From NCBI GenBank assembly GCA_002269645.1, contig NIVC01003670.1, positions 19,797-83,796 on the forward strand: a stretch of 64,000 nucleotides of DNA, in the 5' to 3' direction. A program made the position numbers and the translations under genes. The DNA is from Macrostomum lignano (Eukaryota). The notes beneath the pieces were generated by a model that saw only the letters and a program-made list of their open reading frames with translations, was not told the DNA's origin and searched no databases. Position 1 is the first letter of the stretch. Each line of letters opens with the position of its first letter. Shown here in pieces: positions 51,101 to 60,587 of the stretch.

Positions 51101-54100
51101 TGCAAACCTTTTCATCACTTTTCGGAACTTTTCCTGAGTTGAAATTTATTAAAACTTATCAGTATAGGAAATGTTTAGTTTCGTGGTTTGTCAGGATCAG
51201 GAAGGGGATAGCAGCGATTAGTATAGGTGTAAATAAAGCTTTTCTATGTTCGATCTGTGCGTGCAATGTACGAGTATGTAACTCTCAGTTAATTTTTTGT
51301 TACGAATTCTTAATGCGTTAATTCGTGCATAGGCATAAAACGTGAGCGAGGTGCACAGAAGAGGCACTTTAGGGGTATATTTCGAGCGTGTTTTGGAAAT
51401 GCACCTGTATACATATTTACGCCGCACATGTACACCTTATGCACCTCTAATTCACCTTTCGTGCACTTTCTGCGCCCCTTCAGCACCTTTCCTACACCTG
51501 CTGTGCCTCACTTGTGTGCCTGCTGTTCACCTTTTGCGCACCTCCAGTGCCCCTTACGCACCTTTACTGCCCCTACCGCCGCAACCAATCAAAATTGAGA
51601 ATTCACCTACTGCCTGACCACTTCACCGATTTTACACCTTTCATGCCTCTTTTCAAAAAATATTGGTGACATTTAGGCCTAAAAGGTGCACTCAGGTGCA
51701 TTTCCAAAACATGCACGAAATAGGCCACTAAAGTGCCTCTTTTGTGCACCTCGCTCACCTTTTATGCCTCTGCAGGTGCATAACTTTTCCAACGGGTCTG
51801 CTTTGCGGTGATGACAAAACCCGGTCTCCCTCTTCTGACAGTTATAAAAAACTGTATGAAGACCCGTCCCGTGATGCTGCCTTGCTTCTGAGCAAAAAAG
51901 GTATTGCTACAATTGTATTTTAACCGCTTTAATGCCAATAACTAAAATCAAATATTGTTCTATTTATTTGGCTGTATTGGTGAAGCTGAAATCTGTATTT
52001 ACTTTTAATATTGACAGGTTCAGTTAGGCAATAAATTTGCATCAGCCTACAATAAATGTAGCTTTATGTTTGCAATGGTCGCTGTGCAATGTCTAGATGA
52101 ATAGGTGACTGTGCAGCATTACCCAGCAAACTGACACTTCATAAATCTTTTAAGCACCATTATTTGCGGTGATGACAAGACACGGGCTCCCTCTTCGGAC
52201 AGTTTTAACAAAAACTGCATGAAGACCTGTCCCGTGATGCTGCCTTCCTTCTGAGCATAAATAAGGTGTTTATTATGACAAAGCAGTCTTAAAATATCCA
52301 GAGTTCTTGTTAATATGACAGATTAATTTAGTTAAAATGCATACTAACCATCGCCGAATCTGCTTAACTTACGGCTGCTGAGAGGAAATGTGTTTACTTG
52401 ACGTCATTGCTGGCATAAAACAATCTTAACACCTTGCTTGCGGTGATGACAAGACACGGGCTCCCTCTTCTGACAGTTATAAAAAACTGTATGAAGACCC
52501 GTCCCGTGATGCTGCCTTCCTTCTGAGCGAATCAGGTGTTGATTTAAAAATTTGCAGCTTAACTATGCGTAAATCGTAGTTTGAATTATTTGTGTTATGG
52601 CCTAATATTTTTCGAGAATCTCATCGCCTGTCGATTTGAGCAAAGCATCGTTATGTTCTTGGCTGTTATTGGTGAAGCTGAGCTCTGTCTGTATCCAAAT
52701 GATGACGGGTTCAGTTATGCTATGTTTCTGCATCAGCTTACAATGCAGTAATGTTTGCAATGGTCGCTGTGCAATGTCTAGATAAATAAGTGACTGTGCA
52801 GCATTACCCAGCAAACTGACACTTTATGCGTCGTGAATATTTTAAGCACCAGTAATTGCGGTGATGACAAGACACGGGCTCCCTCTTCTGACAGTTTTAA
52901 CAAAAACTGCATGAAGACCCGTCCCGTGATGCTGCCTTCCTTCTGAGCGAAAAAAATGGTGCTAAAAATTCTTTTATTTCTACAAATCACGGCGATTATA
53001 TTAATATAGCTATTTGTGGCAATGATGACAAAACACGGGCTCCCTCTTCTGACAGTGATTAAAAATACTGTATGAAGACCCGTCCCGTGATGCTGCCTTC
53101 CTTCTGAGCACACTGTCTAGGTTTTGCAAGCAACAAATAGAATCTGCAGACTTTAGGTAAACGGCAGGAGTAACTTTAACTGTAATATTAGGGCTAAATG
53201 CCTCGTCATCTAATTAGTACTGCCTGTATTTTTGGGTGAGGCCGCGCACAGACTCAAATCAGGGGTCCTAGCGCGAGAGTCTGACGCCTCCATCCCCCCC
53301 TTAATTCGCAGGTTGAATACGGCGTTGATGCCGAAACAGGCGAAATACTACTCGCTGACGTGATTGACAGCGACTCTTGGCGACTCTGGCCTGGCGGCGA
53401 CAAGCGCCTAATGGTTGACAAGCAGGTCTACCGTGACATGGCCGAAGTCACCGACGACGGACTCCGCGCTGTGCTGCGCAATTTCCAATGGGTTGCCGAC
53501 AAATTGCCAGCCGTATTGAGTTCGCCAAAGGGTCGCGTCATTATTGCTATGGGATCGGCCACTGATGCTGACTATTGCAAGAGCATTGCTGCCGAGCTGC
53601 GCAAACTGGGAGTGGAGCAGGTTTGTAGCTACCGTGCTTATGTCGGTTGGGTTCCTTCAGGTGCTGATGTCCATTGTCTTGGGTCCTTCAGGTGCTGATA
53701 TCCTTTGTCTTGGGGTTCCTTCAGGTGCTGATGTCTATTGTCTTAGGGGCCTTCAGGTGCTGATGTCTATTGTCTTAGGGTTCCTTCAGGTGCTGATGTC
53801 TATTGTCTTAGGGTTCCTTCAGGTGCTGATGTCTATTGTCTTGAGTTTCCTTCAGGTGCTGATGTCCATTGTGTTGGGGTTCTTTCAGGTGCCGATGTCT
53901 ATTGTCTTGGGGTTCCTTCGGGTGCTGATGTCCATTGTCTTGGGTCCCTTCAGGTGCTGATATTCTTTGTCTTGGGGTTACTTCAGATGCTGATGTCCAT
54001 TGTCTCTGGTTCCTTCAGGTCCTGGTGTCCCATTCACCCAACTCATTAATCAACACAATGCCCCCTCAAACATCATGACAGGTGGACATTCGAGTCTGCT

Positions 54101-54495
54101 CAGCTCACAAAGCTACCCGATTTGCTCTGGAGGTTGGCGCCCTGGCCTCGGACCCGGCTAGAGGCCCAACAGCTGTCATAGCCGTGGCTGGCCGATCCAA
54201 CGGCCTTGGCCCCGTGCTCAGCGGCAACCTGTGCGCTCCGGTGATTAACGCTCCACCAGTTAGCGCAGACTGGGCTGGCTGGGATCTGGGCTCGTCTCTG
54301 CGAATGCCATCCGGCCTTGGCTGCGTCACAGTGCTTGGCGCTAATGCTGCCGCCCTGGCTGCTGCGCAGATCTTGGCTACAGGCGTTACTGAGCACTCTG
54401 TTTGGGCTAGACTGCGAGCTGCTCAGCTGACCGCCTGGGTTCGAGTCCTGCGCGACGACGAACGGCTGCAAGAGTCGGTTAACAAGAGTCAGTGA
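48137..54495 (+). CDS. PAICS: Bifunctional SAICAR synthetase/AIR carboxylase, 4 exons
   Basis: Exons 48137-48345, 48805-49156, 53312-53620, 54082-54495. Motifs [119 protein letters not shown]. Confidence 0.96.
49521..49685 (+). ncRNA. Box H/ACA snoRNA candidate, copy A
   Basis: Hairpin GGCTG..CAGCC, H box ACATTA, hairpin TGTTTGC..GCAAAC, ACA box at 49680-49682. Confidence 0.7.
49717..49807 (+). ncRNA. Box C/D snoRNA copy 1 (variant box C GTGGTGA; D-guide mismatch)
   Basis: D' guide GGGCTCCCTCTT-CTGA; D guide GCTGCCTTGCTT-CTGA. Confidence 0.78.
49884..50053 (+). ncRNA. Box H/ACA snoRNA candidate, copy B
   Basis: Same two-hairpin fold; H box ACAATA; ACA at 50048-50050. Confidence 0.72.
50080..50170 (+). 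ncRNA. Box C/D snoRNA copy 2 (D' box changed to CGGA)
   Basis: Box C GTGATGA; intact TGCTGCCTTCCTT-CTGA. Confidence 0.85.
50259..50424 (+). ncRNA. Box H/ACA snoRNA candidate, copy C
   Basis: H box ACAATA; ACA at 50419-50421. Confidence 0.72.
50469..50560 (+). ncRNA. Box C/D snoRNA copy 3 (intact dual guide)
   Basis: Box C GTGATGA, D' CTGA, C'-like GTATGA, D CTGA; both 18S-complementary guides intact. Confidence 0.88.
50642..51796. mobile_element. Non-autonomous TIR element (CMC-like) inserted in the snoRNA array
   Basis: Ends CCCGTTGGA..TCCAACGGG, 3-bp TSD TCT, internal inverted AGGTG/CACCT-rich arms. Confidence 0.75.
51805..51893 (+). ncRNA. Box C/D snoRNA copy 4 (both guides damaged, probably decaying)
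   Basis: D' guide GGTCTCCCTCTT and D guide GCTGCCTTGCTT; 5' flanking stem interrupted by the TIR element. Confidence 0.7.
51970..52139 (+). ncRNA. Box H/ACA snoRNA candidate, copy D
   Basis: Near-identical to copy B; ACA at 52134-52136. Confidence 0.72.
52166..52256 (+). ncRNA. Box C/D snoRNA copy 5 (D' box CGGA)
   Basis: Same sequence as copy 2. Confidence 0.85.
52440..52528 (+). ncRNA. Box C/D snoRNA copy 6 (intact dual guide)
   Basis: All boxes and both guides intact; flanking stem AACACCT..AGGTGTT. Confidence 0.88.
52661..52824 (+). ncRNA. Box H/ACA snoRNA candidate, copy E
   Basis: Most diverged copy with stems retained; H box reads ACAATG; ACA at 52819-52821. Confidence 0.65.
52858..52948 (+). 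ncRNA. Box C/D snoRNA copy 7 (intact dual guide)
   Basis: Boxes and guides intact; flanking stem AGCACCA..TGGTGCT. Confidence 0.88.
53019..53109 (+). ncRNA. Box C/D snoRNA copy 8 (intact dual guide)
   Basis: Box C ATGATGA; guides intact; D'/C' stem CAGT..ACTG retained with a different loop. Confidence 0.86.
53650..54020. repeat. 33-bp minisatellite in PAICS intron 3
   Basis: GGGTTCCTTCAGGTGCTGATGTCTATTGTCTTA, about 11 copies. Confidence 0.93.
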
Positions 54496-54573
54496 ATTTA
54501 GCTGGATAGTGTGACCCTGTTGGTATTGCTTTTGTCGTGCAAAGTTGAGAGCCTACAGAATTAGGATAGGTTT

Positions 54574-54713
54574 GGCCATAGACAAACTTTTGACATCCGA
54601 GCTTGATCAGAAAATTTGCTCAGTGTTGTCTGTGGCCCAAACTATGGTTGTTTCTATGGGATTTTAAATTGTACATCAGCTCTCTAATTAGTTCCGAGCT
54701 TTTGTCTATGGCC
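54574..54713. mobile_element. PIF/Harbinger-like MITE
   Basis: TIR GGCCATAGACAAA..TTTGTCTATGGCC; a related TGCCATAGAC..GTCTATGGCA element lies at about 61826-62015. Confidence 0.6.
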
Positions 54714-54770
54714 TAAACCCCCTCCCCAACGGAGTGTTGTTTTAAAAGTGGCTAGTGGCTAGAACTTTAT

Positions 54771-54931
54771 GGGCCGTATGCAGAAAGCTCTGTCTAGGGT
54801 AGTCCGGTCTTGAAAATCTAGTCTAGACTTGGATTTGGTATGCAGAAACACAAAGTTAGACCAGTCTACTATAGACTGAACTACCCAAGTCCGGAATAGC
54901 TAGTCTGGACTAGGCTTTCCGCATACGGCCC
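54771..54931. mobile_element. MITE
   Basis: TIR GGGCCGTATGC..GCATACGGCCC. Confidence 0.6.
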
Positions 54932-55424
54932 AATGTGTTCTCTGATCTAAAGTAATTCCTTTATATCAATAGTTTATTGTAGGTTAAACGTGTGTTTCAA
55001 TTTTTCAATTTTAACCAATCAATGTCTGTATCGATTGAATCTCCATTAGTTTCAGCTTCGATTCTTTATACAAAAATCATATTTTAACATCTACGGTGAC
55101 GGTAATTTATTCATTTTTAATAATAAAGCAATTCATAATTCCGGTTATAACTTTTGCTGCTTGTTTATTTGTTATTATTCTATTGGACGCTACAAAAACT
55201 TGATAAGAACTTATAAAGAAACTTTTTCCACTTTTTATCCATCTGATTAAAGTTGATTTACAATAAAAGAATGGCGTTTAGGAAATTCCCTCCAAAATTG
55301 AACATCTTTTTGCATAACGCACGTTATTATAATTTGTGTCTTGTATTTTGTTTATTTTGCCTTGTGTATTTCTAATATTGAGGTTGATTTAAATCTCATA
55401 GGACTCATGATTAACACTGTCCGA

Positions 55425-56060
55425 CTTCAAATGACACTGCCCGACACTTATCTGACCTGTCCGACACTTATCTGACACTGTCCGACACTCATCTAAAACT
55501 CATCTGACACTGTCCGACACTCATCTGACACTCACCCGACACTCATCTGACCTTCATCTGACACTCACCTGACACTCACCGGATACTCACCCGACACTCA
55601 CCCGACACTCATCTGACACTCACCCGACACTCATCTGACCTTCATCTGACACTCACCTGACACTCACCGGATACTCACCCGACACTCACCCGACACTCAT
55701 CTGACACTCACCGGACACTTATCTGACACTCTCCCGACACTCATCTCACACTCACCGGACACTCATCTGACACTGTCCGATGTGTCGAATTTTTGTCCGA
55801 CACTGTCCGACACTCATCTGACACTCACCCGACACTCATCTGACCTTCATCTGACACTCATCTGACACTCACCGGACACTCACCCGACACTCATCTGACA
55901 CTCACCCGACACTCATCTGACACTCACCCGACACTCATCTTACCTTCATCTGACACTCATCTGACACTCACCGGACACTCACCCGACACTCATCTGACAC
56001 TCACCCGACACTCATCTGACACTCACCCGACACTCATCTGACACTGTCCGACACTCATCT
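55425..56060. repeat. 11-bp-based minisatellite (ACACTCATCTG / ACACTCACCCG)
   Basis: Alternating 11-bp subunits with a longer duplicated block. Confidence 0.92.
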
Positions 56061-56244
56061 CATATTGATATGATATTTATCAACCGCTTCCTCTTCCAAT
56101 CTTGAAGCAAATTCAAATACAATTCTTAGGACCCTTTTTAACCTTCCTTACTTTTACGGTATATATTTTTAGGCGACAAAAGATATGAATTTTTGTCATT
56201 ACTTAATCCGCTTTGAAAATTTCTGTCTTGGATTTTACTTCCGC

Positions 56245-59200
56245 ATGGCAACTCAAGCATCATCGAACAGTAACGGCAGTGTTGCGACAGAGGCCGCTAC
56301 ATCAGCTTCAGTCTGTAGTATTTGCTCGACCAATGCTAATTATGTAGAAGCAGACCCGGACGCTCAGAAGTGCATCCTGCAATGGCTATCGCTGCTGGCT
56401 CAGTCTGACGAATCAAATAATGCAAGCTTAAATTTTGCCGATTTAGTAGACGGATCCGTTCTGTTGGAACTGGTGACCCGAGTTGACCCCGACTGGAGCG
56501 CAGGCGATTGTCACGGGCCGTTAGAAACGGCTCTGCCTAGATTCGCCTGCCTAGAAGAATATCTCGATAAAGCTTTTCGAACTCCGTACGGCTCTGTTCG
56601 AGTATTAGACTGGGATCGAATAGTCGCTGTGGAGTCTGTCGATTCTGTTGACGACGATGCCTCTTGTCGTCGACGCGACTGGGAACTGTTGAAAGCCTGC
56701 GTGCTGCTGCTGGCCGCTTGGCTTCGTCAGCCGCGCACCCTCGAGGTTGCCGCCGCGGCTGCCGACGCTCTGCCCGACGAGCTGCAGCCGCGGGCGGTGG
56801 CCTCGCTTCGGCCGCTGCTCAGCCTGACGGAAGGCACGAATTTGACCTGCGATCTGTTCCACTGTCTTCTGAAGCCGGCCAAGCCTGTTGCCGCTGCTGC
56901 TGCTGACACGGCCGCCGACTTGAACTCAGCCGCCAAGGTTATTCTCATTGTTTTCGAAATTCTCCTTTGAGAATTGTACTCTAAGCTTCTTCTTAGAATT
57001 GCTCTCTGGCTCCCTTGACAATCGCCTCTAGACTCCTATGAGAATCGCCCTCTAGACTCCTATGAGAATCGCCCTCTAGACTCCTATAAGAATCGCCCTC
57101 TAGACTCCTATGAAAATCGCCCTCTAGACTCCTATGAGAATCGCCCTCTAGACTCCTATAAGAATCGCCCTCTAGACTCCTATGAGAATCGCCCTCTAGA
57201 CTTCTATAAGAATCGCCCTCTAGACTTCTATAAGAATCGCCCTCTAGACTCCTATGAGAATCGCTTGTCTGCATTTAAGAAATGATGCAGATTTATCCCT
57301 TGTTTTCTGTATTTTATTTACAGCCAAAGCCGGTGGCAACTGTCGAAATTCTTGATAGTTCCGCTACCACAACCGACGGTCGGGATCCTGAGACTGCGGC
57401 CTACTGGCTCGAAGTTCGCCTGCGCACCAGCGAGCTGACACGCTGCAGGCTGGAGGCTCGCGTAGCCGAGTTGGAATGCCAATGCGCTCGCTCCGCTGAC
57501 GTGGCCGACGAGCTTCGCGCGGCGCTCGAGGACGCTCTAACCGACGCCAAACGATCTCGACGTCGAGTCGCTGAAGCTAATCGCGCGGCCGAGGCGGCTG
57601 CCGCGAAACTGCGGCATCGCGGCCAGACCGAGGCTGTCGAGAGTCAGGCGCGGCTGGCGGAAGCAGTGGAAAAGGCTGATCGGCTTCAGGTTGGGATCTA
57701 AGCTCCATGTAGGGGAGCGGTCTCTCAGATCCTTAGTTGCTGGGCCAGCCTCCCAGATCCTCAGTTGCTGGGCCAGCCTCCCAGATCCTCAGTTGCTGGT
57801 TCACCAGCCTCCCAGATCCTCAGTTGCTGGGTCACCAGCCTCCCAGATCCTCAGTTGCTGGGTCACCAGCCTCCCAGATCCTCAGTTGCTGGGCCAGCCT
57901 CCCAGATCCTCAGTTGCTGGGCCACCAGCCTCCCAGATCCTCAGTTGCTGGGCCACCAGCCTCCCAGATCCTCAGTTGCTAGGCCAGGGCTACCCTCACA
58001 GATCCAGTTGCTGGGCCACCGTTAACTTTCCATAACTATCTCATAGGCCGCAATTATACAGTTAAAATGTTTATCGTTCATTTTTTAGGCCGATGTTGAC
58101 TCTCTAAATGCGCAGTTAAACGAGGCCACACAGCTGCTACAATTGGCTGATCAGAGAGAAAAGATCAACAATAAACAATTAACCGAATTGCAACAAGAAC
58201 TTTATCTGTGTCGGTGTGGAGTAAGAGGTCCTAGCTGCTCAGATGTTGGCATTTCAGCTAACTTGAATCCCGTCACTATTGATCGCTCAGTTGAGGCCTG
58301 CTGCATTGAACCGCCTAAGCCTGTTTGCCTTGACAAACAAATTAACGCTTGCATTCTCTTGCCTAAACCGATATGTGTTAACAAAAAAGTCGGTGTTAAT
58401 ATTACTTCTCCTAAACCAGTTTGCCTCGACAAAGAGGTCGAAGTCTGTCTTGATCCGCCAAAGCCACTTTGTGCCGACAAAGAGGTCGAAGCCTGCATTG
58501 ATGCGCCAAAGCCACTTTGTGCCGACAAAGAACTCGAAGTCTGTTTTGATCCGCCAAAGCCAATTTGTGCCGACAAAGAGGTTGAAGCCTGTATTGATGC
58601 GCCAAAGCCACTTTGTTCCGACCAAGAGGTCGACGCCTGTATTGATTCGCCTAAGCCTGTTTGCATCGACAAAAATGTCGGAGAATCTTTTGAACTACCT
58701 AAGCCAATTTGTGTAAGCAAAAAAGTCGGAACTTGTCTTAAAATTCCAAAACCGGTTTGTGTCGACAAAGGAATTGAAATCCGCATTGAACCATTGAAGC
58801 CCGTTTGTGTCGATAAAGAAACTGAAACCACTTCGGACTTCGATATTAATCCAGTTACTGTCGTCAGTAGAGCCGTCGAAGCCCGCCTTGATTCTTATTC
58901 AATTTCAACCGAAAGACTTACTTCGTCAAGTTGCACCAAGGTTGATAGCCGCGTTGAACGCGATGTTGAAGAAGTTTCAAATCGAACTGCAGAAGGTGTA
59001 GTGCGTTTTTCACTTGACTCGCCATCTCAGGCTTTACTACAGGTGGGCAAACACGTTGAGGCGCGACTCGACCAGACGTTTGATCGATACACGGCTGTCA
59101 CCTCCTACGCCCCGGTAGATGCGGACGATTTAGATGAAGACGAGGATGATGAACTGTTATCAGAGCTGAACTATCACAGCAGGGACAACGGCTTACACGC

Positions 59201-59927
59201 TGGTTGCGGAATCTCGGAGGACAATGACTGTTCCTTTCGTGTGGGTAGAGCCGGCCGACTGTCTAATGCTACCGTCAACCCCAAACCAGCAAAAGCAGAA
59301 GCAACGGATGAGGAAGAGTTGCAATTGCCTTTGACTACTTCTTCGCTACTTGACGCGCTGACATTGGAAAAGTGCAGAAAAGAGCTTGACTTAGCTAAGG
59401 CAACTAATTCGGCATTGGTAGCTCGAATCGACGATTTATCGTCTCAGCTCACTCGCTCGCGTCAGCAGTACCAGCAGCTGGCCGCAGCTGCCAATCGTCG
59501 CTGGTCTCCGGTGTTTCCTAAACAACAACAGCGTCCTAGAAGTAGGCATCGGAGTCGAAATGAACTTGACGATAGTCTGACAGACGAGCGGTCTATTGGC
59601 GGAGTGCCAAGCTTAGCTGAAGAAGAGATGGCAATGTGGTGCGCCGCCGAACGGCGCCAACGACTTGCTAAGCGTCGGCGCGCCAGTTTGCACAATTTAG
59701 CCGCCTGGCTGCATCCGCCGTCGTCTCCTCCACCTTCGGCTTCTCTCATGCCTCCTCCTCCGCCGCCGCCGCCTTCTCAGCAGACAAATTTCGTGCCTCG
59801 ACAATCTTCGTCAACAGCATCCGATCGTGTCGCCAGCTGGTTGGCGACACCAGGCCGTCAGCTGAAGCGCATCAGCGCTGCTGGTCGTCGATTTCGAACG
59901 TCGATGGGCACGTGGGATGTTTCTTAG
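56245..59927 (+). CDS. HOOK/CCDC88-like N-terminal domain plus coiled-coil protein with a 16-aa Cys-containing repeat, 3 exons, about 965 aa
   Basis: Exons 56245-56937, 57324-57689, 58089-59927 (phase 0, GT-AG). LQWL..NFADLVDGSVLLELVTRVDPDW..ELLKACVLLL resembles the HOOK CH-like domain; heptad-rich exon 2; PKPxCxDKxVxxC repeats. The family assignment is from motif recall. Confidence 0.72.
57020..57262. repeat. 24-bp minisatellite (GAGAATCGCCCTCTAGACTCCTAT)n in intron 1 of the HOOK-like gene
   Basis: About 10 copies. Confidence 0.93.
57727..58015. repeat. 28-bp minisatellite (same family as 23958-24922, inverted) in intron 2 of the HOOK-like gene
   Basis: CAGTTGCTGGGCCAGCCTCCCAGATCCT units, some with 3-nt insertions. 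Confidence 0.93.
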
Positions 59928-60587
59928 AAATCAATAACTCAGAAGATTGCAGCAAATACTTATTGTTGTGCAATTGAACTTCGAAACCGTTTTTTTCTTT
60001 TTTAAACCTATTTTATTCTATTTCATATCTTTCGTTTGTACTCCTATTCTAGCTCAAAATATATCATAAGCATTTATAAAACTTCAATGTAAATTTTGTA
60101 AGAATATGTTAGTTGACTTTGACAGCTCAATACAATGCATTTCTAACTAAGCTGGTACGTTTTAAATCATTTTATCCTGCGTAGCAACTATTCGATTTTT
60201 CAAGATTTTGCTCTTGTAATTTTAACTTCCGTTGCAGCTGTTCCGTCGTACTGTATGATAAAATTCAGTATTTTCTAATCATTTTTTGTGTTATTGCACT
60301 ATTATTACTGTATTGTTCGAATAAAATTTATCAAGTATTGCTCATATGTAATGTCAACTAAGTTAGCTAATATAAAATAAAGTCGGTGGCATCATTTTCC
60401 TAACTTCATTAACGCAGCTATAAGAAAATTTTTAATTTAAATATAATACTTTTCTTATTTTCCGCGAAAATATAGTTCTTATATTACATTACGGTGAAAG
60501 TCAAAACGGGGGGCACTGCTGCAAGTCAAGGAGGCACACGCTCATGCAGAGTGTACATTCTGTACAATAGTCTGACTTTCTTGCATT

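Noticed and set aside
49521-53109. Repeat-spacer pattern read as a CRISPR array or hammerhead ribozyme array
   Set aside because: Two alternating unit types carry C/D and H/ACA boxes and rRNA complementarity; there is no CUGAUGA..GAAA hammerhead core.
53236-53290. Hairpin GAGGC..CAGACTC..GAGTCTG..GCCTC just upstream of PAICS exon 3
   Set aside because: Single copy with no following ACA or H box; could be chance or a splice-site structure.
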